Source: Candidatus Fimimonas sp.
Lineage (GTDB): Bacteria > Bacillota > Clostridia > Christensenellales > CAG-314
Assembly: GCA_045644945.1 (NCBI GenBank)
Contig: JAZRHU010000037.1
Span: 1 to 53,209 of the forward strand
Direction of reading: 5' to 3'
DNA: 53,209 nt
Positions 18,747 through 27,059 of this stretch are shown here, in pieces. The position numbers and the translations under genes were made by a program. Position 1 is the stretch's first letter. Each line of letters begins with the position of its first letter. Below the pieces are notes generated by a model. It was not told the origin of the DNA and did not search any database. It worked only from the letters and a program-made list of their open reading frames with translations.

Positions 18747-19391
18747 TTATTTGCAGATTTCTACACCACAGCTTGCGCCAATACGGTCTGCGCCTGCTTC
18801 CATCATAGCAAGAGCTTCTGCTGTGTTGTGAACGCCACCGCTAGCTTTTACCTTGAGGCCATGAGGATGAACTGTGTCCGCCATGAGTTTTACTGCGTGA
18901 ACAGTTGCACCACCCTTGCCAAAGCCGGTGCTTGTCTTTACGAAGTCTGCGCCAGCAGCAATGGATGCTTTGCAAGCGTTTACAATTTGAGTGTCGGTAA
19001 GGTTGCAAGTTTCGATGATAACCTTCAAAACAAGATCACCGCATGCCTTTTTGAGAGCTGCGATTTCCTTTTCTACCTTTTTCCAGCTGTTGGACTTTGC
19101 GTGAGATTGGTTGATAACCATGTCAATTTCGGTAGCGCCATCCTTGATAGCTTGTTTTGTTTCGAAAACTTTTACCTTTGTAGTATTTTCGCCAAGAGGG
19201 AAACCAACTACTGTGCAAACTTTAACTTGAGTGCCTTCCAATTCCTTTGCGGCAAGTTTAACGTGAGTTGGGTTTACGCATACGCTTGCAAAGCCAAACT
19301 CGCGAGCTTCGGCGCAAAGTGTAACAATTTGACTTGCTTTTGCAGGTTTAAGCAATGTGTGGTCGATGATTTTAGCAATTTGAGTGTTCAT
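18747..19391 (-). CDS. deoC: Deoxyribose-phosphate aldolase
   Basis: IDHTLLKP, VVGFPLG, EIDMV, KVIIET, FVKTSTGF, KASGG, RIGAS. Confidence 0.97.
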   Translation of the reverse strand: MNTQIAKIIDHTLLKPAKASQIVTLCAEAREFGFASVCVNPTHVKLAAKELEGTQVKVCTVVGFPLGENTTKVKVFETKQAIKDGATEIDMVINQSHAKSNSWKKVEKEIAALKKACGDLVLKVIIETCNLTDTQIVNACKASIAAGADFVKTSTGFGKGGATVHAVKLMADTVHPHGLKVKASGGVHNTAEALAMMEAGADRIGASCGVEICK

Positions 19392-19449
19392 TTGTGCTCT
19401 CCTTGTTGTTTAATTTGATTGAAACAAGATTTGTTCCATAGTTGACAAG

Positions 19450-19478
19450 ATTATATCACAAATTGCTACAATTTACAA
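19450..19478 (-). promoter_or_regulatory. SigA promoter of deoC
   Basis: TTGTAA-17-TATAAT with extended -10 TG. Confidence 0.7.
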
Positions 19479-19593
19479 GACAATTAAAAATATTGTTTGA
19501 ACAATTTTGATATTTGCAACAAAACATTTTGTTGCAAAACAAGCATTTGCGCAAAACAATTACCGCCACTTGTGTAAAATACAAACAAAAAGT

Positions 19594-19767
19594 TTACTTT
19601 TTGCGCTTAGATATGTCGATTGTGAGGGTGTTTTCGTCAAAATCGAAGCTTTCCACACGCTTGCAGTGATTTCCCTTGATGGCCCTTACAAGCAAAAATA
19701 CTAGGTAGCCAACGCACAGTGCAATACCAACACAACAAAATATGATAATAGGCAAAACTTGCTTCAT
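19594..19767 (-). CDS. Small single-pass membrane protein (57 aa)
   Basis: GAGGTG RBS; MKQVLPIIIFCCVGIALCVGYLVFLLVRAIK hydrophobic helix then charged tail. Confidence 0.6.
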   Translation of the reverse strand: MKQVLPIIIFCCVGIALCVGYLVFLLVRAIKGNHCKRVESFDFDENTLTIDISKRKK

Positions 19768-19932
19768 AATGCACCTCGATTGCAGTTTAGCACATTTGTT
19801 GGAGCAAAGATTGTCAAATTTTGTGCATATTACGTCCATTTGAGCAAAAATACATCGCGCTTGCACACAAAAGTACAAAACTTTTCCTTGCAACCAAATG
19901 TGATTGTTTGCTTACAAAAAACGCGCTTGCAT

Positions 19933-19961
19933 GCATATTTTAGCCCGCAATGCAAACACTA
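19933..19961 (+). promoter_or_regulatory. Candidate SigG/SigF (forespore) promoter
   Basis: GCATA-17 nt-AACACTA upstream of YhcN/YlaJ-like gene. Confidence 0.5.
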
Positions 19962-19983
19962 ACACAAACACAAGGAGGAAACT

Positions 19984-20406
19984 ATGAAAAGATTTGTTAT
20001 ATACCTTGCCCTTGCAATGCTTGTTTTGGCAATTTTGCCAACGTTTGCAATGGCCACAACAACAGAAAAGGAAATAGCTAACGTTGCAATGCAAAACCCA
20101 AAGGTTACCAAGGCAAAATGTGTGATTTACGAGCGCAACTGCCTTGTGGCAATCCAAACGGAAAAGTTCCAAAGCAAAACGGAATACAGCAACTTTGTGG
20201 AAAAGTTTGAAAAGCTTGTAAAGGCCAAATACCAAATTGACAACATCTTGGTGACACGCAACCCCAAAGTGATGAGCAAGCTTGACCACTTTGAAAAACT
20301 GAGCGAATCAGAACGAAAGGCAGAAATCCAAAAGCTGATTGAGTACCTTTTGAATAAACCAACCCCACTGCCCGCACGACCAATCAAGCCACCATTTGAT
20401 AGATAG
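19984..20406 (+). CDS. Exported protein resembling YhcN/YlaJ sporulation proteins
   Basis: Signal peptide; IA...PKV.KA.CVI....CLVAI ... I.VT.NP pattern; AGGAGG RBS; no lipobox Cys. Confidence 0.6.
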   Translation: MKRFVIYLALAMLVLAILPTFAMATTTEKEIANVAMQNPKVTKAKCVIYERNCLVAIQTEKFQSKTEYSNFVEKFEKLVKAKYQIDNILVTRNPKVMSKLDHFEKLSESERKAEIQKLIEYLLNKPTPLPARPIKPPFDR

Positions 20407-20465
20407 TAACTAATTTTTGACTAAGTTTTGAATGAAAATGGCTGGAATTTAGTTAATAATCAATT

Positions 20466-20539
20466 AAAAAACACCTTGCAATTGCAGGGTGTTTATTTTT
20501 GCGACAAAAGAGCGCCATCCTTTTGGGATGACGCTCTTT
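20466..20539. terminator. Two tandem terminator hairpins between convergent genes
   Basis: AAACACCTTGCA/TGCAGGGTGTTT and AAAGAGCGCCATCC/GGATGACGCTCTTT. Confidence 0.75.
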
Positions 20540-20596
20540 GGTGGTCTAAATATTTTATAGTAAGTCCGATAAAGTTAAACTTATTTTCTTTATACC

Positions 20597-21511
20597 CTAC
20601 TTTTTGGTTAATCCGTGATGTTCTTGTGTTTCCTCAAGCAATTCTTCGAATTTGCACATCAATTCCGAATCATTGGCAACATCAATCTTTACACTAAATC
20701 TGTATTGATTTTGGATTACTTTTCTGTTAAATTCATCACGCACGATAGGGGAAACATCCATTGATAGTTGATGACGTTTATAATTAATACCGACCATTGT
20801 GTTTGCAGTTTCAATATAGGCAATAAACCCAAATTGCTTAAAGTACGCAATCTTATAAAAACTCATCTTTTGAGGATTAACTCCCCTTGCAATTAGAGGT
20901 TTGCTTATAGCGTTTGCTATCTCGGTATATTTTGTGTAGTCAATGTAGTGATTCAAAACACTAATATTATGTCGAACACAAATCATTGGGACTTCGTAAT
21001 AATATTGCAAAGAGACCAAACCGAATCTAATGATATATCCTCTTTTTCTCCATATATAACCTTCCCCTTCTCCAAATAGGTCAGGTGTTCCAAGGTCAAC
21101 TAAGAGTGTTTCAAACACATCATTAAACTCATCAGCACTCATATCATCATTAAATCTAATTGCATACTCATTGCGATAGTTCAAATAGGTAATACAATCA
21201 TAGCGATTGTTAAACTTGCCTCCAAAGCCTTTTTTGACTTCCTTAGTGATATCTTTCTTGGGAAGATTGATATCCGTATATTTAGCAATTAAATTTAGAT
21301 ATTCATCTACTTTATGACCGAACTGCTTATCTCCTGTTGTTTTTGATTTATTGGTTTTATGCAAAATGATCAAACAAGCAACTGCAAAACAAACTACCAG
21401 GATAGCCGCTACAATCCATCCAACTACTGGACTGACTACAAAAGCAAATATAGCAATCAGCACAAAAACTAGCGCAATAATTACAAGCTGTATCACAATA
21501 TCCTTTTTCAT
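20597..21511 (-). CDS. Hypothetical membrane protein (two N-terminal TM segments), AT-rich accessory gene
   Basis: 304 aa ORF; visibly more AT-rich codon usage than neighbours. Confidence 0.75.
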   Translation of the reverse strand: MKKDIVIQLVIIALVFVLIAIFAFVVSPVVGWIVAAILVVCFAVACLIILHKTNKSKTTGDKQFGHKVDEYLNLIAKYTDINLPKKDITKEVKKGFGGKFNNRYDCITYLNYRNEYAIRFNDDMSADEFNDVFETLLVDLGTPDLFGEGEGYIWRKRGYIIRFGLVSLQYYYEVPMICVRHNISVLNHYIDYTKYTEIANAISKPLIARGVNPQKMSFYKIAYFKQFGFIAYIETANTMVGINYKRHQLSMDVSPIVRDEFNRKVIQNQYRFSVKIDVANDSELMCKFEELLEETQEHHGLTKK

Positions 21512-21598
21512 AACGCATCTTTCCGTTTAATGCCCGGACGGCTTTCTGTTGATTGACTAGAACAAATTCAATCAATTTGATTGAGTAGTATCAACAAC

Positions 21599-23272
21599 TT
21601 ACAATCCCAAAATCTTTTCGCAAACGTCAACGACCATCTTGAAGGATTCTTCCTCAAATGGGGATTTCAAACCGCACTCTTCGATGAGTTCCACAAAGGT
21701 CTTGGTGCCACCAAAGTCCAAAAACTTGTTGTACTTGGCAAATGCGCTATCAAAATCTTGTTGGGACAAAGCCAAAAATTGCAATGCGGTAAATTGTGCA
21801 AGGCAGTAGTCGATGTAGTAGAAGGGGCTTTCGTAGATGTGTGCTTGACGTTGCCAACGACGGCCGTCTTGCAAAGCCACAATACCTTCCGTTGTCATGC
21901 AGGGCAAAAATTGCTTTTCAATTTGGTTGTAGAAAGCAATGCGCTCGGCAGGAGTCATGTTGGGGTTGTCGTAGCAGGTTTGTTGGAAGTAGTCCACAAT
22001 TGTGCCGTAGGGGATGAACGTGATTGCACCACCAATGTGGGTAAACTTGTAGTCTTCCGTTTGATCGCCAAAGAATTTGTCAATCCAAGGGTATGCCAAA
22101 AATTCCATGGACATGGAGTGAACTTCGGCAGTTTCCATGGAGATGCTGGAAAGGAAATCGCTTTCGATAAAGAAAGATTTGTAGAACTCCAACGCGTGGC
22201 CGAATTCGTGCGTGAGAACGTCGATATCACCAGCGGAGCCGTTCCAGTTGGCAAAGATAAATGGAAGTTTGAACTCGGGCAAACCATCGCAGTAGCCGCC
22301 GCCCGACTTGCCTTCTCTGCTCATAACGTCAAAGCACTCGCTCTCTACCATAGTATCGAACAACTTGCCCGTTTCGGCGGACATTTCGTTGTACATTTGG
22401 GAGGCCTTGGCGAAAAGCTCATCAGGAGTGCCAACAGGACGTGGTTCGTTCTTTGTGAACACACCGTGGTCGTAGTAGTACATCTTGTCGATACCAAGGT
22501 CTGCGCCTACCTTTGCACGGATTTTGTTTGCAAGGGGTACAATGTACTTCAAAACGTTACTACGGAACTTTGCAATGTCTTCCTTGGTGTAGCAGTTACG
22601 TTGCATTTGCATGTAGCCAAGCTTGGAGAAGTTTTCGAATCCCAATTTTTGGCCCATGCGGGTACGAACTGCAACAAGTTTGTCGTAGATTTCGTCAAGT
22701 TGAGCTTTGTTTTCTTCCAAAACTGTGCCAAGGGCAATTGCTGCTTGCTTGCGCACTTCGCGGTCGTTGGATGTAGCATACTTGCCAAGGCCACTCAAAG
22801 GCAATTTTTCGCCATTGAAATCGATAACAATGCTACTCATAAGCTTGCGGTAAGCTGTGGTAAGTTTGTTTTCTTCGATGCGGTCTTCTACCAAGCGTGG
22901 ATCGTTGGCATCAACGGACAATTGCAAGTTGGTAAACATTACCTTTGGAAAACGTTTTTCCAACTCAGCACGGAATGGGCTTGTAAGATAGCAGTTGGAA
23001 ATTTCCGCTTGAGCAACGCCAATTTGAGGCATTACTTCGTCAAGGTAGTCTTGCTCGCCAGCGTAGAACTCGTCACGAGTGTCTTGAGAAAAGCGGATAA
23101 AAGCAAGGTGCATTGGTGTGCTTGCCTTTTCCATGTAGGCCTTGAACTCGTCGTGTACAAGGTAAAACTCCTCTACTGTTTTGGCACTTTCGAAACGTTG
23201 TTTGAAGTTGGCAAGGTCTTGGAGAAGTTGGTCTTTGTCGGGACGAACGTACTTGATTTGAGAAAGTTTCAT
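21599..23272 (-). CDS. M3B-family oligoendopeptidase
   Basis: K..GGYC, PFIFANWNG, THEFGHA, ETAEVHSMSMEF, HIY..PFYYIDYCLA; AAGGAG RBS before ATG 23272. Confidence 0.93.
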   Translation of the reverse strand: MKLSQIKYVRPDKDQLLQDLANFKQRFESAKTVEEFYLVHDEFKAYMEKASTPMHLAFIRFSQDTRDEFYAGEQDYLDEVMPQIGVAQAEISNCYLTSPFRAELEKRFPKVMFTNLQLSVDANDPRLVEDRIEENKLTTAYRKLMSSIVIDFNGEKLPLSGLGKYATSNDREVRKQAAIALGTVLEENKAQLDEIYDKLVAVRTRMGQKLGFENFSKLGYMQMQRNCYTKEDIAKFRSNVLKYIVPLANKIRAKVGADLGIDKMYYYDHGVFTKNEPRPVGTPDELFAKASQMYNEMSAETGKLFDTMVESECFDVMSREGKSGGGYCDGLPEFKLPFIFANWNGSAGDIDVLTHEFGHALEFYKSFFIESDFLSSISMETAEVHSMSMEFLAYPWIDKFFGDQTEDYKFTHIGGAITFIPYGTIVDYFQQTCYDNPNMTPAERIAFYNQIEKQFLPCMTTEGIVALQDGRRWQRQAHIYESPFYYIDYCLAQFTALQFLALSQQDFDSAFAKYNKFLDFGGTKTFVELIEECGLKSPFEEESFKMVVDVCEKILGL

Positions 23273-23397
23273 AATATACTCCTTTGCCCAAATAACCTTG
23301 GGCAACAAAAATTTACAAATATATTGTGAGTGTCATATGCGCACAAACGGTTGTAATTTATTTGGATTGCAACACTTTTGCACGTTGACAAAATGTT

Positions 23398-24348
23398 TTA
23401 CAAAGAGATGTTTTCGATTTTATGTACAAAGTCACACACAACTTGCTCGTAGTGTGCGCGATCATCTGTGACGCTACGCGCGTGCTCGGAACCTTCGAAA
23501 AGATGTAATTCGCTGTTGGGGTTTTTGCAAACATTGTACATATCCACACTGTGATGTGGCAAAATGAAGGTATCTGATGCGCCATGGATAAAGCAAATGG
23601 GAACGTTGCTATCCTTTACACAATCGATGGGCACAGTTTTGGTAAAATCGTAGCCAATTGTACGTTTTGCAACACTGTTAGCAAAGTGCATTGTGGGGAA
23701 AGTTGGCAAATGCGCCACTTTGGAGCACAATTCGCGATAGTAGTTCATTGTGTGGGAAAATCCACAATCGGCAACAAGCAGGTCGATATCGCTACGCAAA
23801 CCCAACTCGCACAAGATTGTTACAGCGCCCATACTTTCGCCATGAAGTGCCAAAAAGCAATCTTGGCCAAACAAATTTTTGGTGTAGTCGATAACGGAAC
23901 TAAGGTCAAATTTTTCGTTGAAGCCAAGTGTTGTGTAGGGACCATCGGAAAGCCCAAAATAGGCGTGATCGTACAATACCAAACTGTATCCTTGATTGTA
24001 GAAAATTTGGCCGTACTTGACGGAAGTGATACGATTGCAGGTATGTCCGTGGCACACTATTGCCACCTTTTTGCGAGTTTGGTTTTGCATGTCTGGATGG
24101 AAAACAACTTCGCCACGAATTTTACCATGAACACCATCTACTTCGAAATCTTGTTTGTTCCAGTTGTGTAGGTAGTCGGTAAGATCCAAATTGAAAACAT
24201 TTTGTTGGTTTTCTATCTTTTGATCAATTGTGAAGGCAGTTGGACGAGTTGCCGTTTTTACCATGAAACTTGCAACGGCATAACAAAAAAGTGTAAACAA
24301 AACTGCAATACCCAAAATTACTAATAAAACAATTACTGCTGGATGCAT
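23398..24348 (-). CDS. Membrane-anchored alpha/beta hydrolase (YqkD-like)
   Basis: N-terminal TM, CHGH, LHGESMGA, ADCGF, FIHG..D, EHARS. Confidence 0.88.
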   Translation of the reverse strand: MHPAVIVLLVILGIAVLFTLFCYAVASFMVKTATRPTAFTIDQKIENQQNVFNLDLTDYLHNWNKQDFEVDGVHGKIRGEVVFHPDMQNQTRKKVAIVCHGHTCNRITSVKYGQIFYNQGYSLVLYDHAYFGLSDGPYTTLGFNEKFDLSSVIDYTKNLFGQDCFLALHGESMGAVTILCELGLRSDIDLLVADCGFSHTMNYYRELCSKVAHLPTFPTMHFANSVAKRTIGYDFTKTVPIDCVKDSNVPICFIHGASDTFILPHHSVDMYNVCKNPNSELHLFEGSEHARSVTDDRAHYEQVVCDFVHKIENISL

Positions 24349-24356
24349 GGTCTACC

Positions 24357-25055
24357 TCACATTTGTTGAATTGTTCCGCTTGTTCCACAAGTTGCAAGGC
24401 GGAAAATTTCTTGCGCAACTTCGCTTGGTTGGTAGCACTTGGTGTTGTGCTCCAAGCAAAAGGCTTGCTTTTCCTCCTCGGTGTAGCCAGCGCACATTTC
24501 CGTTAGCACTATCGGTGGGCAAATGCAGTTGACGTTTACCATGCCATCAAGTTCTTCAGCCAAGGATTTGGTTAGGCCCACTACGGCAAATTTGCTCATT
24601 GCATACACACTTTCGCAAGAAGCGCCTTTGATGCCCCAAATGGAAGACATGTTTACAATGGTTGGATTTGTGCCACTGCGCAAAAGGTCAAGGCCGTGTT
24701 TTGAGCACAAAAATGTGCCTTTGGCGTTGGTGTCCATCACAAAGTTGTAGTCTTCAATGGATACATCTTGAATAAGTCCACTACGACAAACACCTGCATT
24801 GTTTACAAGTACGTCAATATGCTTGAAATACTTTTGCACCCAAGCAAACATCTCCACCACTTGACTTTGCTTGGAAACATCAGCTTGGTAAAGGTGCACA
24901 TCACAACCTTGGCTTTGGAGTTCAAATTGCAATGCTTCTGCTTGAATTTTGCTGTTATTGTAATTGAGAATGACGGTGTAACCTTCGTGAGCAAATTTTT
25001 TGACACACTCTGCGCCAATACCACGAGATCCACCTGTGATAAGTGCTATTTTCAT
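24357..25055 (-). CDS. SDR family oxidoreductase (FabG/YmfI-like)
   Basis: TGGSRGIG, NNAG, SSIWG..GASCE.VYAMSK (YxxxK). Confidence 0.88.
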   Translation of the reverse strand: MKIALITGGSRGIGAECVKKFAHEGYTVILNYNNSKIQAEALQFELQSQGCDVHLYQADVSKQSQVVEMFAWVQKYFKHIDVLVNNAGVCRSGLIQDVSIEDYNFVMDTNAKGTFLCSKHGLDLLRSGTNPTIVNMSSIWGIKGASCESVYAMSKFAVVGLTKSLAEELDGMVNVNCICPPIVLTEMCAGYTEEEKQAFCLEHNTKCYQPSEVAQEIFRLATCGTSGTIQQM

Positions 25056-25138
25056 GATTGTTAATTTATATTCGATAATTTGTTAATGATGTACACTGAT
25101 TATTTACGATAGTTTGGACAATATTGGCATGTCACAAT

Positions 25139-27016
25139 CTACTCTTGGGATAAGGTTTCCCACTCCACAAGGGCATCTTCCAGTTGGGCGTTGGCATCAT
25201 CAAGCTGTTGCATCACAACGGAAAGTTTTGCAAAGTCACTTGCAATTTGTGGCAAAGCCATTTGGTTTTGCAAGTTTTCAATTTCTTGCTCGAGCTTTGT
25301 GATCAAGTTTTCCAACTCTTTGAGTCGTTTTGCCCTGTTTGTTTGTTCGGCACGTTGCTTTGCATTGCGGTAGTTGGATGTTGGTTTGGATTGTTTGGGC
25401 GCTTCCACCACCACTTGTTGCTTGCTTGCGATAAAGTTATCGTAGTTGCCAGGGTACACGTTGAGCTGTTTGTTTTCCAACTCGACAATGGTTGATGCAA
25501 TGGAGTTAACAAAGTATCTGTCGTGGGAAACAACAAGCAATGTGCCTGTGTAGGACTTGAGTGCTTGCTCGAGAGCTTCGCGACTGGGAAGATCCAAATG
25601 GTTTGTGGGCTCGTCCAAAATTAGCAGGTTGTTGTCCTTTGCCATTAGCATGGATAGGCCAAGTTTGGCCCTTTCGCCACCGGAAAGCTCCTTTACAAGT
25701 TTGTAGACATCGTCTGCACCCAAAGTTACTTGGGCAAGCAGACTGCGTACGTCTGTTTGCGACATGCGAGTGTTATCAAACCAAAGTTGATCCAAAACGC
25801 GCAAATTGCCGTCCAAATTGACGTTTTCTTGGTCGTAGAAGCCAAAGCGAACGTTTTTACCAAAGACAATTTTGCCCAGATCGTAGGGGTTTTGAGAGGC
25901 AATGCGACGTATCAAAGTAGATTTGCCTGTGCCATTCAAACCCAGCAATGCAACCTTTTGCCCACGGCGAATTTGCAAGTTTACGTTGTCCAAAAGGACT
26001 TTTTCGTCGTAGCCAAAGGTGAATTTTTGAATTGTGAGCGGAAACTCGCTTGGTTCGTTGGAGTAGCTAAATTGGAACCTTGGGGGACGCTCGTCCGCCT
26101 TGGGTGCGTTGACAATTTCCATCCTGTCCAACATCTTTTCGCGCGACTTGGCCATGTCGGCAGTGGAAGCACGAACTTTGTTGCGAGCAATGTAGTCGGT
26201 GAGCTTTTCTATTTCTTTTTGTTGCTTTTCGTAGGCGCGAGTTAGATTTTCGATACGTTCCGCCTTCAAAACGCGGTACTTGGTGTAGTTGCCTTTGTAT
26301 GCCACCACTTCCTTGTGTTGAACATCCCAAATGGAAGTACAGATTTTGTCCAAAAAGTATCTGTCGTGGGATACAACAAGCAAAGTGCATTTGGCTGAAA
26401 GTAAAAAGTTTTCCAACCAGTCGAGGGTTTTGTAGTCCAAGTGGTTGGTTGGCTCGTCCAAAATCATAAGTTCGGGACGTTGTAAAAGTAGCTTACAAAG
26501 CGCCGCTTTGGTCTTTTCGCCACCGGACAAGGTGGAAACAACCCTGTCAGCAAAGCGCATCATGCCCATACCATTCAAAACAGTTTTGACCTTGACCTCC
26601 ACCGAGTAGGCATCTTTGGCATCTGCTTCCAAAGTGAGATTGTGGTACTTGGCAGATAGCTTTTTGTACTCGTCACTATCGAATGGGCAACTTGCCATTT
26701 TGTTGGCAATGTCGTTTAGTTGCTCAATGAGCTTGGTGTGGTAGGCAAACACCGACATCATTTCGGCATACAAAGTGTTTGAGGAAACAAAGTCGCAATT
26801 TTGCTTGAGGTAACCAATTGTCAAGCCATTTTTGCGGATAACATCGCCACTAAACAACGAAAGTTCGCCACAAATACAGCCAAGCAAAGTGCTTTTGCCT
26901 GCGCCGTTTGCGCCAACAAGACCGATGGAATCCCCTTCGTTGATGTCCAAATTGACGTTACTAAATATTACGTTGTCGGCATATCGGAACTCGGCCGATT
27001 TTAGTTGCAATATCAT
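25139..27016 (-). CDS. ABC-F family ATPase with C-terminal coiled coil
   Basis: Two ABC domains (GANGAGKS, LSGGE, LDEPTNHLD twice), no TM segments. Confidence 0.93.
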   Translation of the reverse strand: MILQLKSAEFRYADNVIFSNVNLDINEGDSIGLVGANGAGKSTLLGCICGELSLFSGDVIRKNGLTIGYLKQNCDFVSSNTLYAEMMSVFAYHTKLIEQLNDIANKMASCPFDSDEYKKLSAKYHNLTLEADAKDAYSVEVKVKTVLNGMGMMRFADRVVSTLSGGEKTKAALCKLLLQRPELMILDEPTNHLDYKTLDWLENFLLSAKCTLLVVSHDRYFLDKICTSIWDVQHKEVVAYKGNYTKYRVLKAERIENLTRAYEKQQKEIEKLTDYIARNKVRASTADMAKSREKMLDRMEIVNAPKADERPPRFQFSYSNEPSEFPLTIQKFTFGYDEKVLLDNVNLQIRRGQKVALLGLNGTGKSTLIRRIASQNPYDLGKIVFGKNVRFGFYDQENVNLDGNLRVLDQLWFDNTRMSQTDVRSLLAQVTLGADDVYKLVKELSGGERAKLGLSMLMAKDNNLLILDEPTNHLDLPSREALEQALKSYTGTLLVVSHDRYFVNSIASTIVELENKQLNVYPGNYDNFIASKQQVVVEAPKQSKPTSNYRNAKQRAEQTNRAKRLKELENLITKLEQEIENLQNQMALPQIASDFAKLSVVMQQLDDANAQLEDALVEWETLSQE

Positions 27017-27059
27017 TGGTTTGCCTCATAGTAATTTTGACGGCACTACGCCGTCAAAA

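Noticed and set aside
19417-19440. Imperfect palindrome GAAACAAGATTTGTTCC as DeoR or LexA operator of deoC
   Set aside because: The spacing fits neither consensus, and I saw no matching site upstream of pdp.
21581-23329. 582-aa plus-strand ORF
   Set aside because: It is the antisense shadow of the M3 peptidase, explained by codon bias, with no RBS or recognisable motifs.
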